Origin: Lepidodermella squamata
Lineage: Eukaryota; Animalia; Gastrotricha
DNA: 64,000 bases
Assembly (NCBI GenBank): GCA_047495785.1
Contig: JBLDXI010000019.1
Span: 682,001-746,000 of the forward strand
Reading direction: 5' to 3'
Shown: in pieces, positions 37,601 to 50,987 of the stretch
Position numbering within the stretch: position 1 is the first letter of the stretch
Layout: every line of letters starts with the position of its first letter
Program-made: the position numbers and the translations under genes
The notes under the pieces: generated by a model
Told to the model about the DNA's origin: nothing
Database searches by the model: none
Seen by the model: only the letters and a program-made list of their open reading frames with translations

Positions 37601-38804
37601 TTCGAGTCTGATCAAGTCCATTTTAGTTACAAGTCGTCCTTCAATCAAGCAAATTGTGCAGTGCATCGAATTTGCTGTCGATGAAAGATCCGAAGAAGCT
37701 TTAGTGGTCAGTCTGAAGCATTTGGCTGCAACTAATCAAATGGCAATACGTGAAAATCCGTTGCAAATTTGTGCTGCCCTTGGCTTTGATGTTGCCCTGA
37801 AGTATCTTATGGCTTCGAGCCAGGGACCTATTGATTATTCATTACTCTCAAATATTGCTTGCGAATACGGAAAGGATGCGATTTTGAAGGCTCTGAGCAA
37901 ATCCAATCTTTCCCAGTTCAAACAAGCTCTTTCATCATCGGACAAGCCTTTAATCATAGCCGCCTCGAAAGGAAATGGAAAATGTTTTGAATTTCTCTTG
38001 AACGCCGATGTTTACGATCACGACATGCTTCAAAAATGTCTGGATCAGCTGAAAACATTTCAACCTCAGATCGACCCATCTTTGATTGAACTGTTGGAAA
38101 TGCACCTTCCCGCGCAGGCTTCCAGTTCTTTTGACCCACCTAAAGATGAGAGGCAGGTCATTCAACAACCTTCCTTGGCTGAAATGCTTTCAAATAACCC
38201 AGCAGAAGATGCGAGAAAAGCTGCTATGACTGGACAAGTTCCGCTGTTGAAAGCTGCTTTAAAGGTAACGGGAAAACTGCCGGATTTCACGGATCACGTT
38301 GGCGGGTTGAGGACTTTATTGCACGTGGCAGTATATTACGGAAAGCTAGAGGTAACAAAATGGCTGCTGAAAAAATTTCCGGTGGATTGCCGGAATATTT
38401 TGAAAGATGTCTCGTCTTCGCCAACCCCTTTTTACTTCGCCGTGGCAGGGAATCATTTGGAAATAGCTCTGCTGCTCATGAAACATGAGCATGATATTGT
38501 CAATCTTTCGGATCGCGATCGCTCTGCGCCACTCCATATAGCAGCTAAATTCGGCCATAAACAGATAGTTGAACTGCTCATCGACAATAAAGCAGATTTG
38601 CTAGCGATTGATGCCAATCAGCGAAGTTTCATTCACGTCGCGGCAGCTTACGGCCAGAGAGAACTCCTTGGATATCTAAAGCAAATCAGGAACAACAAGA
38701 AGGTGGATGCTGAAAAGGTTGAACGGGTGTTGCGATTGAACCCAACTGAAACTGAAATATTGATAAAACCTTTTCTGGAAGATGCCAGTTGTCACATTCA
38801 GTGA
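34666..38804 (+). CDS. NEK-like Ser/Thr kinase fused to a long ankyrin array, copy B (about 1260 aa); exons 34666-34815, 34863-34926, 34982-35166, 35215-35285, 35335-35479, 35533-35594, 35645-35777, 35832-38804
   Basis: [55 protein letters not shown]. The exons splice in frame into a 990-aa ANK exon. Intron 3 uses a GC donor. Confidence 0.88.
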
Positions 38805-39044
38805 TCATATTATCATGTTTTTATTCTTGAATAATTGTTTGATCAAATAATTGGGCTGGAGAATTGATTTGTAACAAGTGAAACTGTGTATTCGAAGCAA
38901 TAATCTAGCAAACTTTGATTGAAACAGACTTAAACAAATCGCTCATGAATTCATCAATAAAGCTCGAGTACTTGACAATAATTGATAATGAATTACAGAT
39001 TGCAAGCATTCAAAAATCTACCGAGGAGAATGATTGAAAGATGG

Positions 39045-42000
39045 TTACATTTTAATTAGCTTTTTGCAAAATAGCTGAATGATATCCTCTGAGTTAGCAA
39101 CCAAATCATATGCGCACTCAAGGGCAGTTTTACCGGCAGAATTTTTTGCGGTAACATTGACTGATTTACTATCAAGCAAATATTCAATCATTTCGAGACG
39201 CCTGTTGAGGACTGCTTCGTGAAGAGGGAAATTACCGTTTTTCTCGTTTGCAAAATTTGCAACCATGTTTTCAGCACGAACCATTATAGCGGTGGCTGCA
39301 TCAACGTTGCCATAAGCAGCAGCGATAAGAAGAGCAGAACGACCGAATTTGTCCGTGAATATGAACGTGGTATCATCAATACCACTCGGCCCAAAAAACC
39401 TTTCCAGTGTGTCTTTTTTTCCGTGGCTAAATAATTTATGAAAAGCAGCGTTTTCCTCATTGTCGGGCTGTCTAAGAACCGTTGAATTCGAACAGACGTC
39501 AGCGTTCCATAGGATGTCAATTGTCCTCACATCGTTGGTCATTATCGCGTGGTGAAAAACAGACAAACCGTCTTTATCCTCTGGAACGCCCGCCCATTCG
39601 AGACCTTTAAGCTCGACCAATTTCTCCAAAACATCGTACTGTTTCGCAGCAAACGCTAAGTGAGCTGGTGTTCTCCCATCGACATCCTTCGCTTTCACTT
39701 CGGCACCATTCTGCAGCAGATATTCAGCAATGTCAACATGGCCCTCCTGACATGCCACATGCAGTGCTGTGCTTTTATACTTTTGATGAGCTTGATCTAT
39801 AGCAGCTCTGCCGATCCTTGATCGTTGTAAGAATGGAACTAACTCTTCCACGATTGCCAACTTGTTGAAAAAAACAGCGTATCGCAATGCTGTTCTTTCG
39901 AATTTGTCTACACCGCTAATGATTACTTCGGGGTATTTCTCTTTGAAGACCCGAACGACATCAACGTGACCAGCAGCGGCGGCAAGATGAACGGGCTGTG
40001 CGCCCATGATGCCGTCAGTGCATGCAACGTTTGCTCCAGCAGCTAGAAGAGCCGCGACTGCACTCGGATGGTTTGAGGCTGATGCAAGATGAAGCGCTGT
40101 TCGACCATCAGCGTCTGGCTTCTCCAATATCCCACCCGCTGCCCCTTTCGTTGGATCCAACAAGTAGTTGATGACTCGCTCTTTACCGTGCATAGCTGCC
40201 ACGTGTAACACTGTGCGTGACTTACCATCAACGCATGCCTGAAGATTGACACCTCTTGACTTCAACAGTTGGATAGCCGAAACACCATGCGGACATATTG
40301 CAGCCAGATGTATAGGTTTCGACATGTCTTGCGTGCCATCTCCAACATCGGTATTAGCTCCGTGGTTCAGCAGTTTCTCCATTACACTAGTAAAACCTTT
40401 TATGGTGGCACAGTGTAGAGGAGTCCAGCCGTTGCCTCCCTGCTTCAGGTTGATAAGCCGCCGACGGTTTTCCTCATCCTTCAGCAAAAATTCAATCATA
40501 TCGCTTTGGCCTTTCAAAGAGGCACAATGTAGAGCTGTCGAGCCACGTTTCGTTCGGTCATTTACAAGATCGGCCCCTTTTTCAATAAGCTTTTCCGCCA
40601 CTTTGATATGACAAGAAATAGCTGCTAAATGAATAGGATGAGCGCCATGCTTGCTTCCATCGGTAGCTCTAATGTTGGCACCATTTTTCAGGAGTTCCTG
40701 AACAACTTTCTTTTTGCCTTCCAAAGCAGCGTAATGCAAAGCTGTGCGCTGATGCTCTCCGCCTTTGAGCTCGAGCATTTCCGAGCAGGTCCCTTCTCTC
40801 GACAGAAGGTGATGCACGATTTTATCTTGGCCAGAAATCGAAGCTGCATGAAGGAGAGTCAACTCTCGTTTGTCTCGCGTTGACCTTAAAAGCTCTCGCC
40901 TGCTACCCTCTGTGAGCTGTCTCAAGATGTTTAGATGTCCATTTTGCGCTGCCAGTTGAATCGGTTGTATTCCTAGCGGGGTTTCATCGCAGATTTCCAC
41001 AGTTGCATTGTTACTCAGTAGCACTTTGACGGCATCATCTGAACCTTTCTCACATGCCCCATGCAAAGGAGTCCTGTTACATTTTCCTTTGCTGTCGACG
41101 TGAGCCCCGTTGGCAATTAGAAGCTTGATTGTATCAGGTTTGTTGCCTTCAGCAGCAATATGTATAGCTTTGTCGCCATGCACCGTTGGCTGGTTGACGT
41201 TGACACCTCTTTTCAGAAGCCCCACAATGAAAGGGTTGTTCCCGAAGAGAGCTGCCCAGTGAATCGCGGCGAATTTATCGTCTCTATCGTCGCCCTCCTC
41301 ATAGCACTGAAGAAATTCAACCTTCTCCCGTTCCGTCCACTTAGCATCGAATAACTCGTCGATACGATCTGAAGCATTCGTTTTCGCGAATTCAATCAGT
41401 TTGAGACCCTTTGTTAACCCAAGATAGTGAACAATAAAATATAAAGCGCGATTATTACTCTTTCATGAGGCTTTATTTTAGGCGTCTCGAACATTTCAAC
41501 GATTTCCTTCAACGCTGGTCGATCGCTAGGATTGAGGTTGAGCAATTTATCAACAAGGCCTATCATCAGCGGAGAGCCACGATCCCTTGGAATCGGATTT
41601 CTTTTGCCTCTTTACAAATACAATTCGATTCGTTTTTAATAGAAGTATTAAGATTATCCTTACTTCATAATTGCTTGGAACGTTAGAAAGGGTGGCAAAG
41701 GTCCTTCAGGTGATGTCCCGTACTGTGGACATTCAATAGGATCATCATTACCTCATTTATAGAAACAATATTACCGGTAGTTCCCAGGCCAGCATGTGAT
41801 AGCTAACCACACCAAAGGCATAAATATCGTCTTTCACTGTATATTTCGCATTCTGCTCGCATAGCTGTGGGGAGAAGTGAGTGTACGTTCCGGCCAAGCC
41901 AGTATTAAGACTCAAATTGTTTGCCGCGCCGCCGGTTCTAGATCAAATATATTATATTGGCGCATATTTGCAACGAAATGTTTCAACTCACTGAGCTCCA

Positions 42001-42640
42001 AGAGTGATTTTTGAAACCCCGAAATCGCCGATTTTGACATTGCCGTCGTGGATAAAAATGTTTTCAGCCTTGATGTCTCGATGCATGATGCTTTTTGAGT
42101 GCATATAATCGAGCGCGCCCGCAAGCTGGCATAACCATTTTTTGACCGAATCCTCAGGAAACGGTTTCAATGTCTTCTTGCACTCGTCTATATTTTTGCG
42201 CAAGTCTACTCGGATTAAAGTAAATAATAGGATTGGAAATAAATTAATAATATCCGGAAACTCACCATTGTCACACAACTCCATGATAATCCAAAGGGCG
42301 CCCCCGTCTGACATGAATTTTCACGAATTATTTAGAATTATATTATTATATGAATTTACTTTCAAACGTTGAATAAACCCGCACAATGTTTGGATGTCTC
42401 AAGCTTTCAAGATCTGCCGCCTAGAATGTCATCAAGCATCAATTGGTATTAAATTATTTATGTTATTACTACAAGTACCTCTCGTTTCGCTAGTTCAGCT
42501 AACTTGTTGTCGTTACCAGTTATCCTATCCATGCGAACTTTCTTCATAGCCACATTGAGGTTGTCGGACAACCGCAATCCTTGCCACACTGCGCCGAAGA
42601 AGCCATGTCCAAGCTCCTTTCCTCGATGATAGTTTTCCAT
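39045..42640 (-). CDS. NEK-like kinase + ankyrin array, copy C (terminal ANK exon 41408-39045)
   Basis: GHGFFG, VAMKK, IIMELCDN, HRDIKAENIF, IGDFGVSK, LAGTYTHFSPQLCEQ, DDIYAFG. The ANK exon reads open from GLKLIEFAK into the 726-aa ORF. Confidence 0.86.
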
Positions 42641-44441
42641 ACTGTGTTAAGTGTTAATAAAGAGCAACAATATTTCACAACTGAAAAAGGCGGATGTAGT
42701 TATATATGTTATCTTCCGCTGACGCATGTTGCATTTTCTTATCACTGCCGTCTAAACGACATGGTCATACCAGATATATTATTTAGGGCTGGAATCCTAC
42801 AAGATAAACCGACGCCGCCATTTTTATATTTTTTTCTTCATCTTTGTGCATGCCGAATTTAGCTGAACACAGGAATACGAATGATGCAAAAATGCACTAT
42901 AAAACAGGCCAAATATGAATAAGTATAGCGCACAGACTCAAAAACTGCATGACTTGATCGCTGTGGGGTGAATTACCGCAAAACTTCACTTGTGTTTCAT
43001 TGGTGCTGATGTAATTTCATTGCTGAAAAATTTCATTGATGAATTATTGATCGCCGTTTTGAGGAAAATTGCTTTATTTCGATGTTGGCTACAAGGTCTT
43101 GAGACCAGGACACCGTTATCTTGCATCTTGCATTGTCAGGACATGCTAGCAATTTCAAAATAGTCAACCTGAGATTGAAAATTTTGATTTTTTCAACTTG
43201 ATCTGGCTTCTGAGGCTTCTAATAATTTTTTACCACGGTGTTTACCAAAAAATACCACGTTATCCGCCATAGTGTCATAGACCTCTGTGTCAATTTTTCG
43301 AGGGAATTAAAAATGACGACGCTATTGAAATTCAATCAAATTGCCCGAATTCGTCCTAACCTACCAGACAGGCGGAGTGCGTGATTTTTGTCCTGCAAAA
43401 ACTGTCGCGAAGGAAAAAAAGGAAAAGCTCAATGCTGATCTGAATGCCGAGCCTCTAAAACTTTTTAACTACATTTTTCGGTGCAAAAAATGAGGGAGAA
43501 TGTTATGGTCATTCATGGGGGTAATTTATAATCTAAAATTTAAAGCTGAAGGCACCTGACACAGAAATTAGGGTGCTCGAAAAATCGGCTGAAATCAGCT
43601 GGGTGTGTAGGACGATTTCGGCCCGTTTGTACAGCCTTAACGGGGATTGAACAGCCGAACGGATTTCAAAATCGTGATCAGGGCCTTCAAAACTGCCTTC
43701 AAAACTGCTTCAGAACTGCCGTCAAATATGTTTTCTCCCGCAGATAAATAATTCCGCCATGAAAGGGTTAAGGCGCGGAATACGGCCAGTTTTCTAGCTA
43801 TGGTTTCACTGTCCTCTCTCTCCTCTCTCCTCATACTCTCCGCATTTTATGCTCTTTACGGCGAACACCGCTGACATTATATAACTCGGAATTCCCGAGT
43901 GGATTCTAGTTCTGCGTAGAACCTGATTCTGTCTAAGCCCGTTTCAGGGGGCGCCTCGGGATATAGAGGATCGCCCGATACGGACAGCGCACTATGCGGA
44001 CAATTTTCTGGGACCTGTTGTGCCCGGATTACAGTATCTACTGTAACTAGAAGCCAAATTAAAGATTGGCAAGCGGTAACAGATTACCAAGATAAACAAT
44101 CAACCATCTTCACCAGCTTTCATCGCTTTATAGTACCTCGAGGGTCCGTTGAGGACTCTATTTTCGATCTATATCAACGAAATCTCAGTTGTCTCTATCA
44201 AATCAATCATGGTCTGATATGCTTACGGCTGATGACTGATGATATGATCACCAATGACGATGATGAACTGCGCTGATATTTTTTAATAATAATTTGTCTT
44301 TTATTTCCACGATTTTCGCTAACAATCAATCAACAATCAACAGTCGTTAATCAATAGAGCTGGAATAATTGCGAATCCATCTAACTCGAGATTACAAGCA
44401 TTCGAAATGACCTTTCAAAAAAATGGAATTTGGGTCAGGCA

Positions 44442-47400
44442 TTAGTTCATCAGCCTCCTGCGAAATAGCTGAACTACGTCCTCAAATTTTGCGTCATATG
44501 CACACTGAAGAGCAGTTTTCCCGGCAGAGTTGGTAGCTTTTATGTTAGTTGATAAGCGATCGAGCAAAAAATCAATCATTTCAAGACGCCTGTTGATGAC
44601 GGCCTCATGAAGAGGAGTATTCCCGTCTGCCTCGTTTGCCAAATGACCAACCATATGCTCAGCCCGCTTAAGAATTGCCGAAGCCGCATCTATGTTACCA
44701 TGAGCAGCAGCGATGAGTAGGGCGGAACGACCGGATTTGTCAGGAAATACGAAGATGGTATCACTGATGCCTTCCGGCTGCTCAAAGAACTTAGCAAGCA
44801 ACTCCTTTTTTCCATGACTAAATAACTTGTGGAAAGCAGCGTTACCCATATTGTCTGTCTGGCTAAGAACAGCTGCATTTGAGAAGACGCCAGCCTTCCA
44901 TAGGATATCCATTGCCTCGGTGTCGTTATTCATTACCGTGTGGTGGAAAACAGACAGGCCATCTTTATCAGGTTCGCCTGCGATTTCGACACCTTTTAGC
45001 TGCACCAATTTCTCCAACACAGCGTAGTGTTTGGCAGCTAGTGCAATATGACCTGGTGTTAGCCCTTCAGCGGTTTTCGCGTTTACATCAGCCCCATTTT
45101 GCAACAAATAGCCAGCGATGTTAACATGTCCGATACTACAAGCTAGATGAAGTGCTGTGTTGCCATATGACTTATGGCGCTCATCCAAGCCTGATGCTCC
45201 AGATGATTTCAACAAAGGTATAAGCTCTTTAACGGCTTCCAGTTTGTTGTTAAGAACCGCATAGCGCAATGCACTTTCACCGAAGTTGTCAACGCCGGTT
45301 CGGACTTCATCAGGATATTTATCTTTTAAGACTCGAATGACATTAGCATGGCCTGCGTATGCAGCAAGATGGACGGGATGTGCGCCAAACGTAGCGTCAG
45401 CACATGTCGGTTTTGCTCCAGCAGCCAGGAGAGCCTTGACAATCTCAGCATGATCATTTGCAGATGCGAGATGAAGCGCTGTTCGACCATCAGCGTCTTG
45501 CTTCTCCAAAATGCCAGAAACTATTCCTTCGTTTTTGTCCAACAAGTAATTGACAACTCGCTCCTTATTTGTCATAGCTGCCACGTGTAACACTGTACGT
45601 GACTTACCATCCACACACGCCTGAAGATTGACACCTCTAGTCTTCAACAATTTGATTGCCGTAACGCTGGTTACGGCTAAATGTAAGGGCTTCGACATGT
45701 CTTGCGTGCCATCTCCAACATCGGTATTAGCTCCGTGGTTCAGCAGTTTCTCCATGATGCCAGTTAGGCCTTTGTAGGCGGCACAGTGTAGAGGAGTCCA
45801 GCCATTGCCTCCCTGCTTCAGGTTGATAAGCCGCCGACGATTATCTTCGTCCTTCAGCAAAAATTCAACCATGTCGATTTGGCCTTTCAAAGAGGCACAG
45901 TGTAGAGCTGTCGAGCCGCGTTTCGTTCGGTCGTTCGCAAGATCCACCCCGGCTTTAATGAGCCTTTCAGCCACTTTGACATGTCCAGATACGGCGGCTA
46001 AATGGATTGGATGAGAGCCATGCTTGCTTCCGTCAGCAATTTTCAATTTGGCTCCTTTTTCCAAAAGTTCCTCAACAACTTTCTTCTTGCCTTCCAAAGC
46101 AGCGTAATGCAAAGCCGTGCGTTCATGCTCCCCGCCTTTGAGATCGAGAATTCTCAAACATCCTCCCGGTCTAGAAAGCAGATGAGCCACAACTTTTTCT
46201 TGACCGGCAATGGACGCAGCGTGTAGAAGTGTTAAGCCGCGTTTGTCGCGCGTCATTTGAAGTAGGTCCGGTTGATTTCCGGTTAGAAGTTTCATGATCC
46301 GAAGGTGCCCCTTTTCCGCAGCGAGCTGCACTGGCGATATCCCCAAATTGGTCGAATCACTTACATCTACCTTGGCGTTGGCTGTATTTATCAGATAATC
46401 GGCAGCTTCGTAGGAATCGTTTTCACATGCCACATGTAGTGGAGTCCGGCCACCTTTCCCTCTACTGTTAGCGTCAGCACCTAAGCGCTGTAGCAGCTCT
46501 ATTGTTCTGTATCTGTTGCTCTCAGCAGCCACGTGTATCGCTCTGTCGCCGTTTTTCGTTTGAAAGTTGACGTCGGCCCCATGTTTCAGGATGAGCGCCT
46601 CAATGAAATCATTGTTGCCATATAGAGAAGCCCAGTGAATCGCGGCATATACATCGTCACCGTTGTCGTCCTCGTCATATTGCTGCAGAAATGTAGCTGA
46701 TGTCTCGCCAAATCGTAGCAGCTCGCTGATACGTTTCGCTTCGTTCTTCTTGGCGAATTCCATCAATTTCACGCCCTTATTAGTTATTCAGATAAAGATA
46801 ACGAGATTACAAAATACTTATATCAAAATTTACTCGTTCTTGCGGCTTCATTTTCGGCGGTTCAAACATTTGGACGATGTCCTTTAGCGCTGGCCTCTCA
46901 TTGGGTTCGTATTTGAGCAGTTTGTCGACGAGACTTATCGCAACCTGCGAGTAATCGCGATCTTTTGGTATCGGCTTCCTTTGGCCTCTAGATTATGAAC
47001 GCCGATATATTTGGGACGATTTGACTGCCGTCAAACTTACCTCACAATAGCTTCCATTGTTTCTGTCATGGCTTTAATTCCTGGAGCCGATGATGCATAC
47101 TGTAAAGAGATTCCCGTCATTTTTATCTACATTAATAACTTCGACGGGACTTTACCGGTAGCTCCAAGGCGAGCATATGATAGCAAACCACACCAAGGGC
47201 GAAAATATCGTCTTCCAATGTGTAAGGTTTGCCTGTACACAGTTGTGGGCTGAAGTGAGTATAGGTTCCAACCATGCCAGTAGTAGTTCCAGCTAGGCTC
47301 GCGTTCTGCACTCTGCGTTGAGTAGGCAGAGAAAATACTCAGTAAACGCAATTAAACAACAAATTGTCACTAACGGCTCTTCGGTGATTTTTGACACGCC

Positions 47401-48005
47401 GAAATCGCCGATTTTGGCATTATCGTCTTGAATGAATATGTTTTGCGCCTTTATGTCGCGATGCAAGATGCTTTTGGAGTGCATGTAATCGAGCGCGCCT
47501 GCCAATTGGCATAGCCAATTTTTAAACGTCTTCTCGGGAAACGGAAGCGATTTCTCCCGGCGATCACGAATATTCACAAGCAAATCTTCATGAAATGAGA
47601 CATTTGAATTTGAATATTTGATTGTTCGGAAAATTACCGTTGTCGCACAGCTCCATAATAATCCATAGGGAACCGCCACCTTGAATAAGTCAAATTAGAC
47701 AAATTAAGTCAAATTAGACGAAATTACTTTCAAATGAAGTGTTAACTTTGACAATGTTTGGATGCCTCAAGCGTTGAAGTACCTCTGCCTGTATATCAAA
47801 TCGTTAAAAATGAAAACCGCCGCAGTTCACACAATAAATTTACTTCTCTTTTGGCCAGCTCGGCAAATTTTTTGCTGTTTTTACCGATCCTATCCATGCT
47901 GATTTTCTTCATGGCTACCATTTGATTGTCCGATAGCTGGATGCCCTCGTAGACGGTGCCAAAGCCGCCTTGACCGAGCTTCCTTAATTTCCTATAACTT
48001 TCCAT
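44442..48005 (-). CDS. NEK-like kinase + ankyrin array, copy D (tandem paralog of C)
   Basis: GQGGFG, VAMKK, HRDIKAQNIF, IGDFGVSK, MVGTYTHFSPQLCTG, DDIFALG. The 776-aa ANK ORF is collinear with copy C. Confidence 0.86.
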
Positions 48006-49070
48006 AGCTATTTGCACTAGCTAGTTTTTTGTTTTTGGGAAGCCGAGAACGTGCGGATGTGTCCCGCTGACACATTTCACATTGATTTGTTATCGCCGGT
48101 ACTTATACTCGCAATAGATACACCCACGAAGCGGCTTAAAACCCGTGAGATAACGCCGTAGCTGCTTTTATCTTTCTCAACTTTCTCCAGCAATTTATGT
48201 TCAAGTTGTATCATTTCACTAACCAGAATCGTAGTTGAACGACCACAACAGTAAAACGTAAAACAGCGGCATAAAACAACAAGAACAGAGTCTTTCAAGT
48301 TATACATGGATGCTGAATTGACGAAAGATCAAGTCTGCGTTTCAAGATCAATGTGAGGATTCTAAAATCTTGCAAAAAAACCCCATGACTCTTCGCTCCT
48401 AATGGGCGGAATCAACTTATAGTGTGACAATTTAATTTCCTATTGCGTTTATTGAGTCGGCTCTGATCGATTGCTATGACTGCCGCTGACCAATGCGTCC
48501 GCAGCTTTAAGGCATGAATTAAGTAGTTGCTGCTGTATGAAAAGATTTTCTCGCCGAATAATTATGTATTATATAGACGGAACGCTGTCCTGTCATCGAA
48601 AGCACAGCCGCACATTAAGAATTTATGCATCGACTCGCACGTTGTTTATTCAATTTTTTTCAGCTGCATATGAATTAGAATTACGCAGCTTTATCGAGAG
48701 CGTGCGCACAGGTAAGCAGCGTGAGCAAGGAAACACAGCACTGCGCGCTACTGCCTCAATGCCCGGTCAGTGTGTGTGCATGTGTATGTATGGTTGTTTT
48801 TCCAGTTTTAGAGTTGAGAGCACATTGCGATATATTCCGGCTTAATACTATTTACGCGCCAAAAATCGCGCGTGAAAAAGTAGCGCGATAAGGCGCTACA
48901 TGCGTCAACAAAATGTATTGTTTTGTTTACCGCTGTTCATTTACCCCACTTGTAATATATGTGTATACCTTCCGGCGGCAGGTAAACTAAGGAATCGTGG
49001 TTTACAATATATCGGTATAGTTCTTTATAGGATTTCTAACATTAAGATGATTGAGATAAGGCGATGAGCG

Positions 49071-50422
49071 ATGCACATTGGCGGCAAAAGTTGCCACAGA
49101 CTTTGGCAAAAATGCTGGCCACGATGTTCAAGCCAATTCATCATAAATCTAATCATCGCCATACTGCTGCTTAGTATTATCATATACCATGGTTTTTCAA
49201 GAAAGTTCCTTGCAAATGACGCTATTTCTACTCCGAACAGCACTAGTCTTAAGACAGAGAAAACGACTCAACCGGCTAAGAATGCTGATTCATCCTCCTT
49301 CAAGACTGTAGTCTTATGGACAACATGGTTTGGTCAACGAGATTGGGCTCATATGTTCGCCATGTGGCCGAATGCTCCCTACGTTGATACCGGTGAAAAT
49401 CCTCCGAGAAAGTGCTTTGTCACAACAGATCGGTGAGATCTAAATGGTTAAGTATTTCTGTTGTTGTTACAAGCCATTCTTCTTTCAGAAACAAATCAAA
49501 AGAAGCTCATGCTTTGTTATTTCACGGCCGCGATTTGTCTTTCAACGACATACCAAACCCAGCAACACGAAACCCTCGTCAAAAATGGATATTTTTCCTA
49601 GTCGAAGCACCGATTCATAGCGGATTGACAACTAAATGGGATATGGTCAACGCTATCGGATTTGATTGGCTCATGAACTACAACCGTCGCTCTGACGTCT
49701 ATTATCCTTACGGCAAGCTACTTCCTAACGATCCTAACAACGCCAATTTCAGCAAGGAAGCAGTCAAAAGCCGTATCGATAGCTTTGTCCAGTCATTTTC
49801 AAGCCGCCCAGTCGATGCATTATGGCTGGTTTCAAATTGCAGGGCGACGAGTAAGCGGGAGCGTTTGGTCGCGAATCTTCGATCAAACGGCATTACTGTC
49901 GATGTGAAGGGCGGCTGCGGTGAACGGCCGGATGAAGAGTGGAAGCAACCGGGTGGTTATGCCAAGTTTTTCAATCGCTACCGGTTTTACCTAGCATTCG
50001 AGAATTCTCTCTGTGAAGATTACGCGACTGAGAAGCTTTACCTCGGCTTCAATGCTTCGCAGCATTTCGGATTGATTCCTGTTACGTTCGGCGGGGCTGA
50101 TTATTCTTCGATCCTACCAGATGGCGGTTTCTTGGACGCGATGAAGTTCTCCTCCGTGAAAGACCTAGCAGACGAGATGAAGAAACTGAAGAGCTTGAAG
50201 AATGACGAAGACAGGGATCGGTTACGCAATTACTACCAGTGGCAATACAAGTATCATATATCGGACATTTTTTGGTTTCGACATCTCAACGGGTGGCAAA
50301 CGTTGTGCCGTCGTTTATGGGATCAAGATGCACAGCCCAAGCAGACAAAACGGAAGTTTATAACGAATTTTCCTAAAGTTTTGGGAAGTTGCCGCGCACC
50401 CCCGGCGTATTTTGTTACATGA
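49071..50422 (+). CDS. Alpha-1,3/4-fucosyltransferase (GT10), type II Golgi membrane protein; exons 49071-49432 and 49489-50422
   Basis: N-terminal TM anchor, ALLFHGRD, WIFFLVEAP, MNYNRRSDVYYPYG, WLVSNC, and the GT10 motif YRFYLAFENSLCEDYATEKL. Confidence 0.93.
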
Positions 50423-50987
50423 AGTGATCAAATTCAAAATAAAATTAAAGCTTATTTTCAATGCAATCATTTTAATCAATGCAGTATATAGGTATAGTTG
50501 AAAAATCTGGCTAAAATCCTTCATAAAATCGAAGTTTCTCAGCCCAAATCGGACTTGAAACCCGAAAATGGCGATAAAAAGTTGTAAACGATTCCACTGA
50601 GACCATGGCAAAACTTGTCCCCATTGAAATGTAAGGAAAAATATTATATCAATTTCGAAATATTGATTGAATAAGACAGATTTTGCTTCCTATGCTAGAC
50701 TTCTCTTACAGCCATCTGGAAAAATCGTTCCTAGGTCAGATTACGTCCATCTGTCCGGTTTAGTAGGGTACGGTTTATACCGTAACACCCGCGCTTCGTT
50801 TTCTGATCAAGCCTGCCAAAATTGTCTGGTTTTGAGAAAGCCCGGTTTAGACACAACTGAATTTGCATGTTTTGGCTCCCCTGGAACGTCAGCAGGGTTA
50901 TTTTTATTCATGTCGTCTCCACCTCTTCAAATCAGCCATGGGGAGATTTTCACTCACAGATTTCCCGCAAATCATCATTTTCCCACT

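Noticed and set aside
41213-41408. Apparent frameshift at the start of the kinase C ankyrin exon
   Set aside because: Manual translation is open from 41408 into the 726-aa ORF. The track simply started at an internal GTG.
44029-44045. Palindrome tacagtatctactgta as a Tc1/mariner excision footprint
   Set aside because: Too short to tell from chance without an empty-site comparison.
47683-47728. Short tandem duplication (taagtcaaattagac) in a kinase D intron
   Set aside because: Simple slippage duplication with no evident function.
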